NCBI GenBank assembly: GCA_947166515.1
Contig: CAMVEM010000002.1
Coordinates: 162 to 64,161, forward strand
DNA length: 64,000 nt
Source: an uncultured Clostridia bacterium
Lineage (GTDB): Bacteria; Bacillota; Clostridia; Oscillospirales; Ruminococcaceae
Reading direction: 5' to 3'
Positions within the stretch are counted from its first letter, which is position 1. Each line of letters starts with the position of its first letter. The notes under the pieces are model-generated. The model searched no databases, had not been told where the DNA came from, and was given only the letters and a program-made list of their open reading frames with translations. The position numbers and the translations under genes were made by a program. Shown here one piece after another: positions 26,703-36,449 of the stretch.

Positions 26703-29700
26703 ATGTCCGGAAAAATGCTGCGACGTGCGGCTGTACCGTTTTTCATGCTTATTCTTGTATATGCTTTATTGTTTTCCGTTCCTGCCGGAGCGGAGAATAT
26801 ACCTATGGGCGGAGGATATGCCGTAACCGGACAGCTAAAAAATGTCGGCTATGCGGCTAAACTGTACAATGCCGAAAACGGACTTCCCACCTCGGACGCA
26901 AACTGCATAATGGCGGCAAGCGACGGATATATATGGATAGGCGGCTACAGCGGCATAATAAAATATGACGGAGCCGACTTCGAACGCCTCGATCCTTCCA
27001 ACGGACTTACAAGCGGACGCGTGATCTTCGAGGACAGCAAGCATCGCATCTGGGTCGGCACTAACGATAATGGCACGGTAATGCTTGACGGAAATGAACG
27101 CCGGCACTACACATATAAGGACGGGCTGGCTTCATCGTCGGTGCGCAGCATATCCGAAGACGCAGACGGTAACATCTACATAGGTCTCGCGTCGGGTCTC
27201 GCATACGTCGGGACAGATATGACGCTAAGACAGCTCGATGACGAAAGGATCAATTCCGCTTCGGTGCAGCGCCTTGTATCCGACAGCAAAGGAAACATCT
27301 TCGGAAACACCCGAAACGGCGAGATATTCTGCATTTCTTCCGGAAAGATCATTTCGTTCTATACATCAGAACAGCTCGGGACCGCAAAGATCACAACTGT
27401 TTACGCAGATACTGAAAATCCCGGGACTTTCTATTTCGGCACGGATCAGGATAAGATATACCGCGGAGCCTTCGGCGCCGGTATTTCAGATCTCACCATG
27501 ATAAAGACCGGTCCTGCGGAAAATATATGCTATATAACCCGCGCCTGCGGAAGAATATGGATAAATTCCAACAACTTCGCAGGATATCTTGACGAAAACG
27601 ACAGCTTTCACGAGCTTACAAATATCCCGCTCAACAACGCTATCGAGATGATGACGCCGGATTATCAGGGAAACCTTTGGTTTGCGTCAACAAGACAGGG
27701 CGTGATGAAGGTCGCGGCTACAAATTTCCGCAATGTGACAGAGCTTTCGGGTATAGATAAGACAGTAGTCAACGCGGTCTGCCATTATGGCGATATGATA
27801 TATATAGGTACCGATACCGGACTGGATATAATCGACAGCTCGTTCTCGCGCGTCAGCAATGAACTGACCCAGCTGCTCAGCGATGTGAGGATACGCTGCA
27901 TTACCGACGACGGCGCAGGAAATCTGTGGTTCTCGACTTATACGGACAGCAAGGGACTTATCTGCTATTCTCCTGAAAAAGGCATAAAAAGCTATACCAC
28001 CGATAACGGACTTCCGGACAACGGCGTGAGATGCGCCGCAGTAAAATCGGACGGAAAGCTTCTCGTCTGCACAAACGGCGGACTTACAATAATATACAAC
28101 GGCGTGATCGAAAAAAACATAGGCCATGAATCGGGAATAAAGAACACTGTGTTCCTGACCGTTGAGGAAGGAGCCGACGGCAGGATATATGCGGGCTCAG
28201 ACGGCGACGGGATATATGTTATAGACGGCAACAAGATCACCAATATCGGCAGACAAGACGGCCTTTCAAGTGATGTTGTCCTTCGCATAAAAAGAGATGA
28301 CATCAGGAACGTTCTCTGGATAATCACATCAAACTCTATCCAGTTCATGCGTGACGGCGTTATAGCCGAAGCCGAGGGATTTCCGTACAAGAACAACTTC
28401 GATATGTTCTTCGGCCAGAACAACGATCTCTGGATATTATCGTCATACGGAATATACCGTGTAGATGCGCTTGATCTGCTTGACGGCGGAGAGCTCGACT
28501 ATGAGCTCTGCAATTCGGCCAACGGACTTCCGAGCATTCCGACAGCCAACGGATTCAGCGCACTCGACGCTAACGGCGACCTCTATATAGCAGGAAGATC
28601 CGGTGTAAGCGCCGTGAACATCTACCATTACTTTGAGCAGAACAGCACAATAAAGACCGTTATAAGATCGTTCATCTGCGGAGATGAGAAAATAACGCCG
28701 GACAACAGCGGCACATACACCATAAAGCCGGACCCCGGAAGAATTCAGATAAAAGCCGCGATACTCGACTATACCCTGTCGGACCCGATAGTGAGATTAT
28801 ATCTTGAAGGCGGAAACGACGCAGGTATCATCGCGCCTCACAGCGAGCTTACCGCACTCGAATTCACCGGTCTTCCCTATGGACGATATACTTTCCATAT
28901 ACAGATACTTAACGGCAACGACGGCTCGGTAGCGGAAGAAACAACGTTCCCGATCATAAAGCAGCCGAAATTCTTCGAGATGATCGGCGTAAGAATAGCG
29001 CTCATCGTGCTTCTTGTACTTGCAGCCGCATTCATCGTATGGCGGGTCATGACGAACACGATTATCCGCAGACAGTATGAGCAGATAAGAGTTGCCAAGG
29101 AAGAAGCGGAGAGAGCAAATTCCGCAAAGTCACGCTTTCTCGCGAATATGTCCCACGAGATACGTACGCCGATAAATACTATCATGGGCATAGACGAGAT
29201 GATACTCCGTGAAGACGCGACTGATGTTCCGGAAGAATATTTCAATTCCGTGTCGAACTACGCCGAGGATATAAAGAACGCATCCGAATCACTCCTGAGC
29301 CTTGTCAACGACCTGCTTGATATGTCGAAGATAGAATCCGGAAAGATGCATCTTGTCGAGCAGGAATATGACACCGTGGAGCTGATACGCTCGATCGTGT
29401 CTATGATAAGAGTACGGAGCAGCCAGAAAGGATTATCGTTCGATCTCGACATAGACAAAACACTCCCGAAGCGTTTGTACGGCGACTGCGGAAAGATAAA
29501 ACAGATAGTTCTGAACCTGCTCACAAATGCGGTGAAATATACCGAAAAAGGCGGATTCGTTCTTAAGATCACGTCTGAGCGTCAGGAAGACGATAAAACG
29601 TCGCTGCGCATATCCGTAAAGGATACCGGCATAGGAATAAAGCCGGAGGATATGGAGAAGCTCTTCACAGCGTACGAACGTCTCGACGAAGAGAAAAACA

Positions 29701-30920
29701 GCGGGATCCAGGGAACGGGGCTCGGGCTTGATATTTCGAGGCGCTTTGCCGAACTCATGGGCGGCAGGCTTTGGTGCGAGAGCGTTTACGGCGAGGGGTC
29801 GGAATTCATTCTCACCTTCGCACAGAAGATAGTTGACTCAGAAAACATCGGTAAATTCACCGAGCACAGCGAAGAGCGCAGAAAAGGCGCGTATGTCGCG
29901 ATGTTTACAGCTCCGGACGCTAAGGTGCTCGTTACTGACGACAATCCGATGAACCTTAATGTCATAAAGGGGCTCCTCAAAGCCACAAAGGTGCAGGTCA
30001 CCACCGCGGACAGCGGCGAACAGTGCCTTGAGCTGCTGAAAGGACAGAGCTTCAATATCGTATTCCTCGACCACATGATGCCGGGCATGGACGGACTCGA
30101 AACCGTCGCGCATATAAGAGAAGATCACCCCGATCTGCCGGTATATGCGCTTACTGCAAATATCACGGCGGGCGGCGACGATTTCTACAAGTCCAAAGGC
30201 TTCAACGGCTATCTTTCAAAGCCGATAGACAGCCCGACCCTCGAACGGACTATAATGGAACATCTCCCGCCTGAAATGATCGAAAAGCCTGCACAGAACG
30301 AGGATACTGCCGAGCCCGAAGAACTGCCGGATAATATGCTCTGGCTTAATGATGTCGAGGGTATCTCGGTACCGGAAGGAATCAGCAATTCCGGAGGCGT
30401 ATCATCGTTCCTGTTCTCGCTGAAAATGTTTGTTGACACAATGGATGATAATTCCAGAGTGATAGAAGACGCATACAACAGCTGCGACATACGGCTTTAC
30501 ACAGTGAAGGTGCACGCGCTGAAAAGCTCGGCGCGGATAATCGGAGCTTCCGGGCTCTCGGAGCTGGCGCAGGAACTTGAAAACGCGGGCAGCAATGAAG
30601 ATATGGCGTTCATAGACGCGAATACGGAGAAGCTGCTCTCGGATTACCGCGCATACAGACAGAAGCTCTCGCGTTTGGCGGACGGCAGCGCAGCTGAAAG
30701 CAATAAACAACCGATACCGGAAGATGAGCTTCGTGACGCATACAGCGCGCTGAAGGAAGTTGTTCCGCAGATGGATTACGATTCGGTTGAAATGGTCATC
30801 GGACAGCTGAAAGAATATGAGCTCCCTCCCGATGACGCCGAAAAGATCGACGCACTTGAAAAAATGCTCAGAACATTTGACTGGGATCAGATGGAAGAAC
30901 TGATAAATAAGGAGAGCTGA
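26703..30920 (+). CDS. Hybrid histidine kinase: beta-propeller (Reg_prop) sensor, Y_Y_Y-like domain, HisKA, HATPase, REC, HPt
   Basis: Signal peptide; repeated GL.s..v..i.eD..G.iWigT blades; TM; FLANMSHEIRTP, NLLTNAVKYT, DTGIGI, GTGLGL; DDNPMN..FLDHMMP; VHALKSSA. Start at ATG 26703 behind GGAGG. Confidence 0.93.
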   Translation: MSGKMLRRAAVPFFMLILVYALLFSVPAGAENIPMGGGYAVTGQLKNVGYAAKLYNAENGLPTSDANCIMAASDGYIWIGGYSGIIKYDGADFERLDPSNGLTSGRVIFEDSKHRIWVGTNDNGTVMLDGNERRHYTYKDGLASSSVRSISEDADGNIYIGLASGLAYVGTDMTLRQLDDERINSASVQRLVSDSKGNIFGNTRNGEIFCISSGKIISFYTSEQLGTAKITTVYADTENPGTFYFGTDQDKIYRGAFGAGISDLTMIKTGPAENICYITRACGRIWINSNNFAGYLDENDSFHELTNIPLNNAIEMMTPDYQGNLWFASTRQGVMKVAATNFRNVTELSGIDKTVVNAVCHYGDMIYIGTDTGLDIIDSSFSRVSNELTQLLSDVRIRCITDDGAGNLWFSTYTDSKGLICYSPEKGIKSYTTDNGLPDNGVRCAAVKSDGKLLVCTNGGLTIIYNGVIEKNIGHESGIKNTVFLTVEEGADGRIYAGSDGDGIYVIDGNKITNIGRQDGLSSDVVLRIKRDDIRNVLWIITSNSIQFMRDGVIAEAEGFPYKNNFDMFFGQNNDLWILSSYGIYRVDALDLLDGGELDYELCNSANGLPSIPTANGFSALDANGDLYIAGRSGVSAVNIYHYFEQNSTIKTVIRSFICGDEKITPDNSGTYTIKPDPGRIQIKAAILDYTLSDPIVRLYLEGGNDAGIIAPHSELTALEFTGLPYGRYTFHIQILNGNDGSVAEETTFPIIKQPKFFEMIGVRIALIVLLVLAAAFIVWRVMTNTIIRRQYEQIRVAKEEAERANSAKSRFLANMSHEIRTPINTIMGIDEMILREDATDVPEEYFNSVSNYAEDIKNASESLLSLVNDLLDMSKIESGKMHLVEQEYDTVELIRSIVSMIRVRSSQKGLSFDLDIDKTLPKRLYGDCGKIKQIVLNLLTNAVKYTEKGGFVLKITSERQEDDKTSLRISVKDTGIGIKPEDMEKLFTAYERLDEEKNSGIQGTGLGLDISRRFAELMGGRLWCESVYGEGSEFILTFAQKIVDSENIGKFTEHSEERRKGAYVAMFTAPDAKVLVTDDNPMNLNVIKGLLKATKVQVTTADSGEQCLELLKGQSFNIVFLDHMMPGMDGLETVAHIREDHPDLPVYALTANITAGGDDFYKSKGFNGYLSKPIDSPTLERTIMEHLPPEMIEKPAQNEDTAEPEELPDNMLWLNDVEGISVPEGISNSGGVSSFLFSLKMFVDTMDDNSRVIEDAYNSCDIRLYTVKVHALKSSARIIGASGLSELAQELENAGSNEDMAFIDANTEKLLSDYRAYRQKLSRLADGSAAESNKQPIPEDELRDAYSALKEVVPQMDYDSVEMVIGQLKEYELPPDDAEKIDALEKMLRTFDWDQMEELINKES

Positions 30921-30922
30921 AA

Positions 30923-31684
30923 ATGAAGAGAGTAATAATAACCGGATCAAAAGAGACCATGTCGGTCAAGATCCTGGAGAAAAAAGTCACGGAAACAGGC
31001 GCGAGCTGCGTATTTGTTCCCTGCAGCATCAAAGATCTGAACACAAAGCTCGAATATGCCGATCTCATAGTTCTTTATGTTGAGGAAGGCGGGATCCCCG
31101 GCGACGATGTTCTGCAGTTTCTTTCGGATAAAGCAACGGACCACGGCAAGCACATGATCGTGATAGGCGGACCTTCCGACCTTGTCTATATCTCACAGAA
31201 GGTGCATAAGGAAAGAATATACAAATCGTTCGGACGTCCGGTCGATAACAAAGAATTCGTCAGCACAATAAGAGAGCTGTTTGATAAAGTAAGCTCCGGC
31301 GAGTTCAAGAAAACTCTGCTCATAGTGGACGACGACCCGGGCTATCTCGGGCTTGTACGCGAATGGCTCAAGGATAAATACAACATCACGGGCGCAGCTT
31401 CGGGTATGCAGGCAATAAAGTGGCTCGGCAAGAACAAAGCCGACCTCATTCTGCTCGATTACGAAATGCCGGTAACGAGCGGCCCTCAGATGTTTGAAAT
31501 GCTCAAAAGCGACGAAGAAACAAAAGATATACCGATAATATTCCTCACAGGAAAAAGCGACCGCGAAAGCGTGCTTGCGGTACTTGCGCTCAAACCCGAA
31601 GGATATTTCCTGAAAAACATAAAGAAAGCCGAGCTTATCGAAAGGCTCGATGAATTCTTTGTGCTGAAAGGCGCAAAAAAATGA
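30923..31684 (+). CDS. Response regulator: degenerate receiver-like domain plus intact receiver, no effector domain
   Basis: C-terminal IVDDD, LLDYEMP, IFLTG; no HTH or enzymatic output seen. Confidence 0.82.
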   Translation: MKRVIITGSKETMSVKILEKKVTETGASCVFVPCSIKDLNTKLEYADLIVLYVEEGGIPGDDVLQFLSDKATDHGKHMIVIGGPSDLVYISQKVHKERIYKSFGRPVDNKEFVSTIRELFDKVSSGEFKKTLLIVDDDPGYLGLVREWLKDKYNITGAASGMQAIKWLGKNKADLILLDYEMPVTSGPQMFEMLKSDEETKDIPIIFLTGKSDRESVLAVLALKPEGYFLKNIKKAELIERLDEFFVLKGAKK

Positions 31685-32520
31685 AACTTAAGATTGCATT
31701 TTTACAGCTTCTCCCCAGAAAAGACGCGAAGGAACAGTTTGAAAAAGGAAAAGCCGCCTGCGAAAAAGCAAAGCAGCTCGGCGCGGATATAGCGCTTTTC
31801 CCGGAGATGTGGAGCGACGGATACTATCTGCCGCAGAATGAAGCGGAGATCAGCTCCCTCGCTGTCGGAACAAACAGCGGATTCATCGCGGGATTTTGCG
31901 ACCTTGCAAAAAAGCTTGAACTTGCGGTGGGAATAACATTCCTTGAAGCACATGACCCAAAGCCGCTGAACTCGTTTATCCTGTTTGACCGCAATGGAAA
32001 AGAAGTGCTGCACTATTCAAAGGTGCATATCTGTGCGTTCGACCTCGAAAAGGTACTGTCACCCGGAGACGATTTCTATGTATCGGAGCTCGACACCGGG
32101 AGCGGCACAGTAAAAGTCGGAGCAATGATCTGTTTCGACCGCGAATTTCCCGAAAGCGCGCGGATACTTATGCTGAAAGGCGCAGAGCTGATACTCTCCC
32201 CGAACGCCTGTCCGCTTGAAATAAACAGGCTTGCAACTCTCCGCGCACGTGCTTATGAGAATATGCTCGCGATAGCTACATGCAACTATCCCCAGGGACA
32301 TCCGGACTGCAACGGCCATTCAGCTTTATTTAACGGCGTGCCGTGGCTCCCGAACGAACCCGGTGTGCGGGATATGTGCGTATTTGAAGCTCCCGGAGAT
32401 GAAGGCGTTTATACCGCAGAGCTCGACCTTGATCTGCTCCGTGAGCACCGTGAAAGGGACGTAATGGGCAATAAATTCAGGCAGCCCGGAAAATACGGGA
32501 TACTGACCGAAAGCATATAG
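31681..32520 (+). CDS. Carbon-nitrogen hydrolase (nitrilase superfamily)
   Basis: FPEMW, YSKVH, ICFDREFPE catalytic E-K-C triad; ATGA overlap with the regulator. Confidence 0.92.
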   Translation: MKLKIAFLQLLPRKDAKEQFEKGKAACEKAKQLGADIALFPEMWSDGYYLPQNEAEISSLAVGTNSGFIAGFCDLAKKLELAVGITFLEAHDPKPLNSFILFDRNGKEVLHYSKVHICAFDLEKVLSPGDDFYVSELDTGSGTVKVGAMICFDREFPESARILMLKGAELILSPNACPLEINRLATLRARAYENMLAIATCNYPQGHPDCNGHSALFNGVPWLPNEPGVRDMCVFEAPGDEGVYTAELDLDLLREHRERDVMGNKFRQPGKYGILTESI

Positions 32521-32543
32521 AACATTGTTTTTTCCGTTTTCAG

Positions 32544-32586
32544 GAAACCTTCTAAACGTCGTGACGGCGCCCGGAAGGTTTCTTTT
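32544..32586 (+). terminator. Intrinsic terminator
   Basis: gaaaccttc..gaaggtttc followed by TTTT. Confidence 0.65.
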
Positions 32587-32628
32587 GACGTAACATTATT
32601 CAACACTTTATTCAGCACCAAAAAATTA

Positions 32629-32659
32629 TTTTCTTCCCCGCCTCCGGTGGGGGAGAAAA
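32629..32659. repeat. Dispersed palindrome family 1, copy 4
   Basis: ttttcttccccgcc-TCC-ggtgggggagaaaa; two G-T pairs on the + strand. Confidence 0.82.
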
Positions 32660-32742
32660 ACACGATACTGTGTTTTCCGCATAAGTTGTGAACGGTTTTC
32701 ATTCACTGCTTCATTCGGTATTGATCAAACTAATCACCAATT

Positions 32743-34905
32743 ATGGAGGCGAACCTTTTGGATACAGAAAATGTCCTCGCGCAGATGACCGCTGAGGAAA
32801 AAGCCGCACTGGTGTCCGGCACAAATTTTATGTACACCAACCCGATACCGCGGCTCTCTGTACCGAGTCTCAGCATGGCGGACGGACCCCACGGCCTGCG
32901 TGCGCAGACGGGCGAATGGGATAACGGCGTAAGTCAGTCGGAACCAGCCACTGCGTTCCCGACAGCCGCAGCGACCGCGTCCGGCTGGGCCCCCGAAAAC
33001 CTGCGAAAAATGGGGAGAGCAATAGCGGAAGAATGCCGCTATTACGGCGTTCACACCCTGCTCGGTCCCGGCGTGAACATCAAGCGAAATCCACTCTGCG
33101 GAAGAAACTTTGAATATTTTTCCGAAGACCCGCTGCTCGCAGGGATTATGGGCGCCGCAATGGTCGAAGGCGTACAGTCCGTCGGCGTCGGCGTATCCTT
33201 AAAGCATTTTGCCCTCAACAACAGCGAGAATTTCCGCTTCATGGGCAATTCCGCCGCAGGTGAAAACACTATGCGGAAGATATATCTCAAACCGTTTGAA
33301 TACATCGTAAAACACGCACATCCCGCTACCGTGATGTGCGCGTACAATCGGATAAACGGCGTGTTCTGCTCGGAAAACAAATGGCTGCTGACAGATGTGC
33401 TTCGCGACGAATGGGGATTTGACGGCGTAGTGATGAGCGACTGGGGAGCGGTAAGAGAGCGCGTCCCGGCGCTGAAAGCGGGCCTTGATCTCGAAATGCC
33501 CGGCGATACCGCGATCTGCCGCAGGAACATACTCGATGCAATCACCGACGGAACTCTGCCGGAGGAAATACTCGATAAAGCCTGCCGTAATATCCTTAAC
33601 TGGGTCGATAAATACTACAAGCCGGCAGATAATACTCCGTTTGACCGGAAAGCGCATCATAAGCTTGCCGGTGAGATCGCGGCGGACTGCGCCGTGCTGA
33701 TGAAAAACGACGGGACGCTCCCCTTAAGCGGAAATGAGAAGCTGCACATTGCCGGTGAGCTTTTTGCGAACATGCGGTATCAGGGAGCCGGCAGCTCCAT
33801 GATAAATCCCACTGAAATAACGACTCCGAAGGACGCGTTTGAGAAAAACGGCGTCATCACCTGCTCCGCGGAAGAAAGCGATGTTATCCTTGTATTTGCC
33901 GGACTTACCGATGACTATGAATCCGAAAGCTTCGACAGAGACAACATGAGGCTGCCGGAAGACCAGCTCCGCGAGATAGACGAGCTCTGCAAGACAGGGA
34001 AAAAGATAGTGGTCGTGCTGTTCGGCGGGTCTCCGGTGGAACTGCCGTTCACCGACAGAATAAACGCGCTGCTGAATATGTATCTTCCCGGCCAGAACGG
34101 CGGGACCGCTGTATATGAGCTTCTTTTCGGCATAAAGAACCCTTCGGGAAAGCTTGCGGAAACATGGCCGATGTGGTACAAAGACGTTCCGAGCGCCAAA
34201 AGCTTCGGAAAAACGCTGAATGAAATTTACAGCGAGGGCTGTGAAGTCGGATACAGATACTACAACAAGCATGACATACCGGTGCGTTTTCCGTTCGGAT
34301 ACGGGCTCAGCTATACTACATTCGAAAAAAGTGACTGGGAGCACAGCGGCAACACTTACACACAGACGATCACAAATACCGGTGACCGCGCCGGCGCTGA
34401 GGTCGCTCAGCTCTACATTGACGGCGAGTTGAAAGGCTTCAGAAAAGTAAGGCTGGAGCCGGGAGAATCCGTGACTGTTGAGATCACTCCCGAGAAAGAA
34501 GACGACGATAATTATCCTGATGAATATATCGTATCGCCGGATCCTCCGATATTCCCCGTAACTCTCGAATCCCGCTTCAACGATCTGCGTCAGACTTTTC
34601 CCGGACGTGTTATCCACTATATAGTCATGTCCGTCGCGCGAAGGCATGCAAGAGACGCAGAAAAGCTCCCGCACGGTCACGAAAAGGTGAACAAGCGCAA
34701 GGGCGCTCTGTTCATGAAGCGGATACTGGAAAACAATTCTCTGCGTTCAATGACCATGTGCGCAGGAAAAAACATGCCGTACAATTATGCACAGAGCTTT
34801 ATGGAACTTACCAACGGTCACTTCATAAAAGGTATCAGGCATCTCAGAAAAAAGATTATAGTCCCGAAGCTGCCTAAAGACGAGAAAGAAAGCAGCCGCA
34901 GATAA
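32743..34905 (+). CDS. GH3 beta-glucosidase, cytoplasmic (start probably TTG 32758)
   Basis: DGPHGLR, GRNFEYFSEDP, KHFALN, VMSDWG, LDLEMP, FPFGYGLSYT; no signal peptide. Confidence 0.93.
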   Translation: MEANLLDTENVLAQMTAEEKAALVSGTNFMYTNPIPRLSVPSLSMADGPHGLRAQTGEWDNGVSQSEPATAFPTAAATASGWAPENLRKMGRAIAEECRYYGVHTLLGPGVNIKRNPLCGRNFEYFSEDPLLAGIMGAAMVEGVQSVGVGVSLKHFALNNSENFRFMGNSAAGENTMRKIYLKPFEYIVKHAHPATVMCAYNRINGVFCSENKWLLTDVLRDEWGFDGVVMSDWGAVRERVPALKAGLDLEMPGDTAICRRNILDAITDGTLPEEILDKACRNILNWVDKYYKPADNTPFDRKAHHKLAGEIAADCAVLMKNDGTLPLSGNEKLHIAGELFANMRYQGAGSSMINPTEITTPKDAFEKNGVITCSAEESDVILVFAGLTDDYESESFDRDNMRLPEDQLREIDELCKTGKKIVVVLFGGSPVELPFTDRINALLNMYLPGQNGGTAVYELLFGIKNPSGKLAETWPMWYKDVPSAKSFGKTLNEIYSEGCEVGYRYYNKHDIPVRFPFGYGLSYTTFEKSDWEHSGNTYTQTITNTGDRAGAEVAQLYIDGELKGFRKVRLEPGESVTVEITPEKEDDDNYPDEYIVSPDPPIFPVTLESRFNDLRQTFPGRVIHYIVMSVARRHARDAEKLPHGHEKVNKRKGALFMKRILENNSLRSMTMCAGKNMPYNYAQSFMELTNGHFIKGIRHLRKKIIVPKLPKDEKESSRR

Positions 34906-34908
34906 AAC

Positions 34909-34960
34909 AATGCGTACACACAGGACCCACATTTTGTGGGATCTGCTCGTACGCATTTTT
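34909..34960. terminator. Terminator between convergent genes
   Basis: aatgcgtac..cccaca-ttt-tgtggg..gtacgcatt followed by a T tract. Confidence 0.7.
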
Positions 34961-35024
34961 TGTTTATTAATCATGCAAATCCGATGAGCCGATACTGCAT
35001 TCACTATAAATTTCGTGACAGTTA

Positions 35025-36101
35025 TCACGGCAACTCCTCACCGTTCATCCTTATACCTCCGGCTATGAGTTTCGCGAGGAAATATATTATCGCGCATTCG
35101 TCTTCCTGCCATATACGGCGGCTGTGCGGTTCGGCGCAGATAATATATCCGTAGGTCGTTTCATTCAGACTTATCCTTGCAATAAGGACATTATCCATTT
35201 TGTACTTCTTGAGCACGTTTAAAAATTCCGGAGCGCTCTCGCTGAGTTCATCTATAATATTTGTGCGATATATGTCGTCAGTCGTTATCCGTACGATATC
35301 CGGTACTTCTTCCGCGAAATCCTTGTTGAGAACAGCGCGCATCACATTATTCTTATCGGTATAGTACAGGTCGGTTATTCCCATTTCTTCCTTAAGAAAC
35401 GGAAGCACCGACTGGAATTTATTCTCAGTGCCGTTAACGAATTCGACACGTCTCGTTATGGCCTGCATTATCGTGCAGATACCGTGTCCCGCCATAGTTC
35501 TGATCTCTATGTTCTTGTGCTTTTCCTCGACATAGATAATATAGCAGTTTCTGCCTTTGCTCTTTCCGCGGTACAGCGTCTTGTCTATCATGGCAAAAAG
35601 GCCGTTGTATTCGGTCGCATCGTCCGGAAATGTCGCGCAGCCTATAGTTCCGGTAATAAGCGGCGTGCATTCTTCAAGCTCATAATTTCTGCGTAGCACC
35701 GTGCCGTCATTATACATCGAGTTGAAAAACGCTTTCTTTTCGGGATACTTGATATCTCTCAGGTTGACGAACAGAAGCTCATCGCCACCGAAACGTCCGA
35801 CTATTCCGAATCCGTCCATATACGCCGAAAACTCTCCGGACAAATTTCTGAGCACGCCGTCGCCTGCACTGTGTCCGTAGGTATCGTTTACGAATTTAAA
35901 GTTATCGAGATCGAGCATACCGAATGTGAACGGTATCTTCTCAGCGATCAGTGATTTCGCAAAGCCAAGGATATATGGTCTTGCTATAAGTCCTGTCAGA
36001 GGGTCGAGAATATGATCCAATTCCGTTGTTTCCAGCAGATCGGCAAAATAATGATATTTTATGAGCTGCTCCAGTTTATACATTTCTGTAAACCTCGCCA
36101 T
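35025..36101 (-). CDS. Cytoplasmic GGDEF protein with C-terminal GAF-like domain
   Basis: DPLTGL, DLDNFKFVNDTYGHSAGD, GRFGGDEL, KSKGRN; C-terminal GYIIC..RIWQEDE. Confidence 0.88.
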   Translation of the reverse strand: MARFTEMYKLEQLIKYHYFADLLETTELDHILDPLTGLIARPYILGFAKSLIAEKIPFTFGMLDLDNFKFVNDTYGHSAGDGVLRNLSGEFSAYMDGFGIVGRFGGDELLFVNLRDIKYPEKKAFFNSMYNDGTVLRRNYELEECTPLITGTIGCATFPDDATEYNGLFAMIDKTLYRGKSKGRNCYIIYVEEKHKNIEIRTMAGHGICTIMQAITRRVEFVNGTENKFQSVLPFLKEEMGITDLYYTDKNNVMRAVLNKDFAEEVPDIVRITTDDIYRTNIIDELSESAPEFLNVLKKYKMDNVLIARISLNETTYGYIICAEPHSRRIWQEDECAIIYFLAKLIAGGIRMNGEELP

Positions 36102-36151
36102 ATATTGTTAAAGACAAATAATTTCACATTAGTTACAATTCGCTATTTTTT

Positions 36152-36180
36152 ATTATACACTATTAATTATAAAATTTCAA
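36152..36180 (-). promoter_or_regulatory. sigma-A promoter
   Basis: Minus strand TTGAAA-17 nt-TATAAT. Confidence 0.7.
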
Positions 36181-36299
36181 GGCCTTTTTCAAAAATTCAA
36201 CTCTTTATATGTAAGCCGCAGCTTTTTGAATGTTCCTTTTATTCACGCAATTCTTTCGTTGCCACTTTTATGCGCGCATTGTGCGCGCTTTTGGAGATC

Positions 36300-36389
36300 T
36301 TATTTACTACATCCTGTAGTTATCTCACATATTGTTATGAAATTCTGCGAAGTATCTGCAGCACCTGTCGATATTTCGTTGTCTTCCAT
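36300..36389 (-). CDS. Candidate 29-aa small ORF (MEDNEISTGAADTSQNFITICEITTGCSK)
   Basis: TAAGGAG RBS 6 nt before ATG; TAA stop; followed by a gcgcgca-3 nt-tgcgcgc hairpin. Confidence 0.45.
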   Translation of the reverse strand: MEDNEISTGAADTSQNFITICEITTGCSK

Positions 36390-36407
36390 AACATACTCCT
36401 TATCTAT

Positions 36408-36441
36408 AAAAACAGGCCGCCCGGAAACTCCGTGCGGTCTG
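36408..36441 (-). terminator. Terminator of the uxa operon
   Basis: Minus strand cagaccgcacgga-gtt-tccgggcggcctg-ttttt. Confidence 0.75.
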
Positions 36442-36449
36442 CTGTCAAC

